Source: Octopus sinensis (lineage: Eukaryota). From it: a stretch of DNA of 64,000 bases. Below the pieces are notes generated by a model. The model did no database searches and was not told where the DNA came from. It saw only the letters and a program-made list of their open reading frames with translations. The DNA is taken from positions 69,812,001 through 69,876,000 of the forward strand of contig NC_043002.1 of NCBI RefSeq assembly GCF_006345805.1, given 5' to 3'. Position numbers and translations under genes: made by a program. The first letter of the stretch is position 1. The number at the start of each line of letters is the position of its first letter. Shown one piece after another: positions 61,630 through 64,000 of the stretch.

Positions 61630-61931
61630 TCGACAAAATCTCGCAGCTGTATTCATGTGTGATGGAAAACAAGAGAATGAATTGAATGCTAGAATTGCAA
61701 GTAGCGGCACACTAATGTGCCGTCTTCAGCGTTTGTTCCTTAAAAGAGAAAAGATTGGCAAAAGAGCCAAACTCGCTATCTCCGATTCGGTTTTTGTGCT
61801 CATCGTCATACATGGTCATGAATGTTGGGTAATGACGGAAAGAGTACGAAAACAAGCGGCCGAAATCAGGTACCTCCAAAGGATCTCTAGAATAACGTTA
61901 GTCGAGCGAGTGCAATTGCTTGGAGATCAGG
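61630..61931 (+). pseudogene. RTE-clade RT C-terminal fragment (piece 1)
   Basis: FMCDGKQENELNARIA...AKLAI...HGHECWVMTERVRKQAAEIRYLQRI. Confidence 0.8.
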
Positions 61932-62099
61932 TACATAGCAAAGTGTACTTGTGTATGTGTGTGTATTTGTATTTAAGCATTTCTTTTCGTCTTCTCTGCT
62001 TTCTTTCCAATTTCTATTTAACTGTATTACATAATGTTGAAAACTTATAAACTATACAACAATAAGAATAAAAAAACATTTTAAATTAACAGTTACTCC

Positions 62100-62171
62100 T
62101 GACCCCGATGTGATTCAAACACGCAGCCTTCTGATCTGGAGTCAGACGCGCTACCGTTGCGCCACAGGGCC
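62100..62171 (-). pseudogene. tRNA-Trp copy 10, full length but probably inactive
   Basis: T-loop TTTGAAT (C56U, B-box hit) and C50.A64 mismatch. Both are CpG transitions. Confidence 0.7.
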
Positions 62172-62260
62172 GTATGAAACGATTGTTTAAACAATAGTCT
62201 TTTTTTCTTGCTATATTTGTAAATTTATTCGACATATTTTTGGTCTCGATCCTGCAGTCA

Positions 62261-62660
62261 GATTCGTGTCTATCATCATACATGGTCATGAATGCTGGGT
62301 CACGACAGAAAGAGTACAAGTAGAGGCTGCCGAAATTTCTAAAATAACGTTACTCGACCTGCTGCTTAGCTTGGGGATCAGGGAGTTTCAACAGATCGCG
62401 GACCACTAATTCTCTGCCTTGAAAGGTCAAAGTTCCAGTACTACAAACATATGATTAGAATATCAAAGAAAAGAATCGCAAGACGTGTCATCTGGCGGAA
62501 GACGTAGCGGTAGGGCAAGAATGAGATGGCTGAATAATATCCATGGCCTCAGTTGTTTACGCTTCAGAATCCTAGCGGGATATCTAATGACGTGTGCTTC
62601 TGACTAGATCCTATGGTCGAGGTAGCTGAGGAATATACCCTCTAGACCCTCCTAGCATTT
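62261..62660 (+). pseudogene. RTE-clade 3' fragment (piece 2, overlaps piece 1 by ~120-150 bp)
   Basis: Repeats CATACATGGTCATGAATG...GATCAGG, then continues LERSKFQYYKHMIR..RIARRV..GRARMRW. Confidence 0.75.
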
Positions 62661-62823
62661 GATGGTGAAGCGTTTCTTCCTGTATTCATTGCTTGAGTAG
62701 TAACAGATGTCTTATTGGCCTTTAACTCTATTCCATTGCGTTGAAGCGTTATAAACAATACCATAAAAAAGAAAGTTAGACATAGGAAAAAAAAAAAAAA
62801 AGAAACCAAAAACGAAGACGGTT

Positions 62824-62895
62824 TGACCCCGACGTGATTCGAACACGCAGCCTTCTGATCTGGAGTCAGACGCGCTACCGTTGCGCCACAGGGCC
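62824..62895 (-). tRNA. trnW: tRNA-Trp(CCA) copy 11 (sequence identical to copy 1)
   Basis: 72-nt cloverleaf. T5 and T15 downstream. Confidence 0.95.
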
Positions 62896-62924
62896 ACATG
62901 GAAGTGTTGCTCTAAATCTTAGTT

Positions 62925-63239
62925 ACTCTTTTACTCTTTTACTTGTTTCACTCATTTGACTGTGGCCATGCTGGAGCACCGCTTTTAGTCGAGCAAATCG
63001 ACCCCAGGATTTATTCTTTGTAAGCCTAGCACTTATTCTATCGGTCTCTTTTGCCGAACCGCTAAGTTACGGGGACGTAAACACACCAGCATCTGTTTTC
63101 AAGCGATGTTGGGGGGACAAACACAGACACACAAACATACACTCTTACACACATGTATATATATACATATATATACATATATACGACGAGCTTCTTTCAG
63201 TTTCCGTCTACCAAATCCACTCACAAGGCTTTGGTCGGC
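62925..63239 (-). mobile_element. Headless SINE A inserted ~30 bp upstream of tRNA copy 11
   Basis: Family A tail and body. The flank resumes at ~63240 matching 56940-57010. Confidence 0.8.
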
Positions 63240-63687
63240 TTATTTGCTTTATGAAACTATTAATTAATGTAATAATAAGTTCTTATATTTGAAATATTTC
63301 TAGTCTCGATCATCTGCCATTTGACTTGTAAAGCAAATATCTGAGGGTATTTTGCCCGCTTGACAACTGTTGTTGGTTTGTTTACGTCTTTTTTACTTTG
63401 CTGTTCGGTGAAAAAATCCGATAAAATGAGTTATGGACTTAAAGTACCGAGTCGATTCGTTCGACCAAACTATTCGAAGCGGTGCTCTAGCCTGGCTGCT
63501 GTCCAGTGATGTAAACAGGGCGTGCGTGTGTAACTGCGCGCATTTGAATTTAAGCATTTCTGTTCGTCTTCCCTGCTTTATTTCCAACTTCTATTCAACT
63601 GTATTGCATCACGTTGAAGACTTATAAAGTATACAACGCTAAAAAATGCCTTTAACTAAAAAAAAAAAGAAAGAGAGAAGTAGTTTA

Positions 63688-63759
63688 TGACCCTGACGTG
63701 ATTCGAACACGCAGCCTTCTGATCTGGAGTCAGACGCGCTACCGTTGCGCCACAGGGCC
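63688..63759 (-). tRNA. trnW: tRNA-Trp(CCA) copy 12 (U6-A67)
   Basis: 72-nt cloverleaf, 3' strand CAGGGTCA. T11 at 63658-63668. Confidence 0.94.
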
Positions 63760-64000
63760 GTATGAAACGATTGTTTAAACAATAGACTTTTTTCCTTGAT
63801 ATATTTATATATTTATTTGACATTTTCTGTCTCCATCCAGCAGTCACTTGATTTCTGATTCTATTTTCTATGTTGTTCTCCCGAATATCTGAAATTATGT
63901 TTTCGAAATTTATTAAGATTAATTATTTTGTTTATGGCTTTTAATTATGGCTTTTAATTATAGGCTTTTAATCTGTAAAGAAAATCCATATCAGCTGGTT

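Noticed and set aside
45585-63847. Recurrent ORFs such as MALWRNGSASDSRS... and ...RPCGATVARLTPDQKA...
   Set aside because: Chance translations across the tRNA genes.

Overview
Eukaryotic, gene-poor, repeat-saturated genomic DNA, most likely an octopus (coleoid cephalopod) genome. That call rests on microsatellite density and recalled SINE/LINE families and was not verified. There are no prokaryotic operons or CRISPR arrays. Main contents: (1) a tRNA-Trp(CCA) cluster of 12 loci (9 plausible genes, 1 CpG-decayed copy, 2 deletion pseudogenes, one with a UCA anticodon) plus two empty flank modules, built by tandem and inverted duplication and falling into three upstream-flank classes; (2) two apparently full-length Tx1-clade (L1-group) LINEs and an ORF1-only relative; (3) a young 5'-truncated CR1-type LINE, plus RTE, Penelope-like (GIY-YIG) and hAT fragments and two MITEs; (4) four tRNA-headed SINE families (named A-D locally), of which B shares its 3' tail with the Tx1 LINEs; (5) short Penelope-derived elements carrying minimal hammerhead-ribozyme motifs; (6) an unidentified ~545-bp tandem array, a ~260-bp fold-back palindrome and a candidate signal-peptide exon. 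Most ORFs in the supplied track are microsatellite or antisense artefacts. Frameshifts in the LINEs look like long-read indel errors, so single-base calls need read support. I found no unambiguous new biological system. The best leads are the Tx1-LINE/SINE-B tail partnership, the hammerhead-bearing TA-embedded elements and the structured tRNA-Trp isodecoder array. TE boundary coordinates are approximate unless a TSD is stated.
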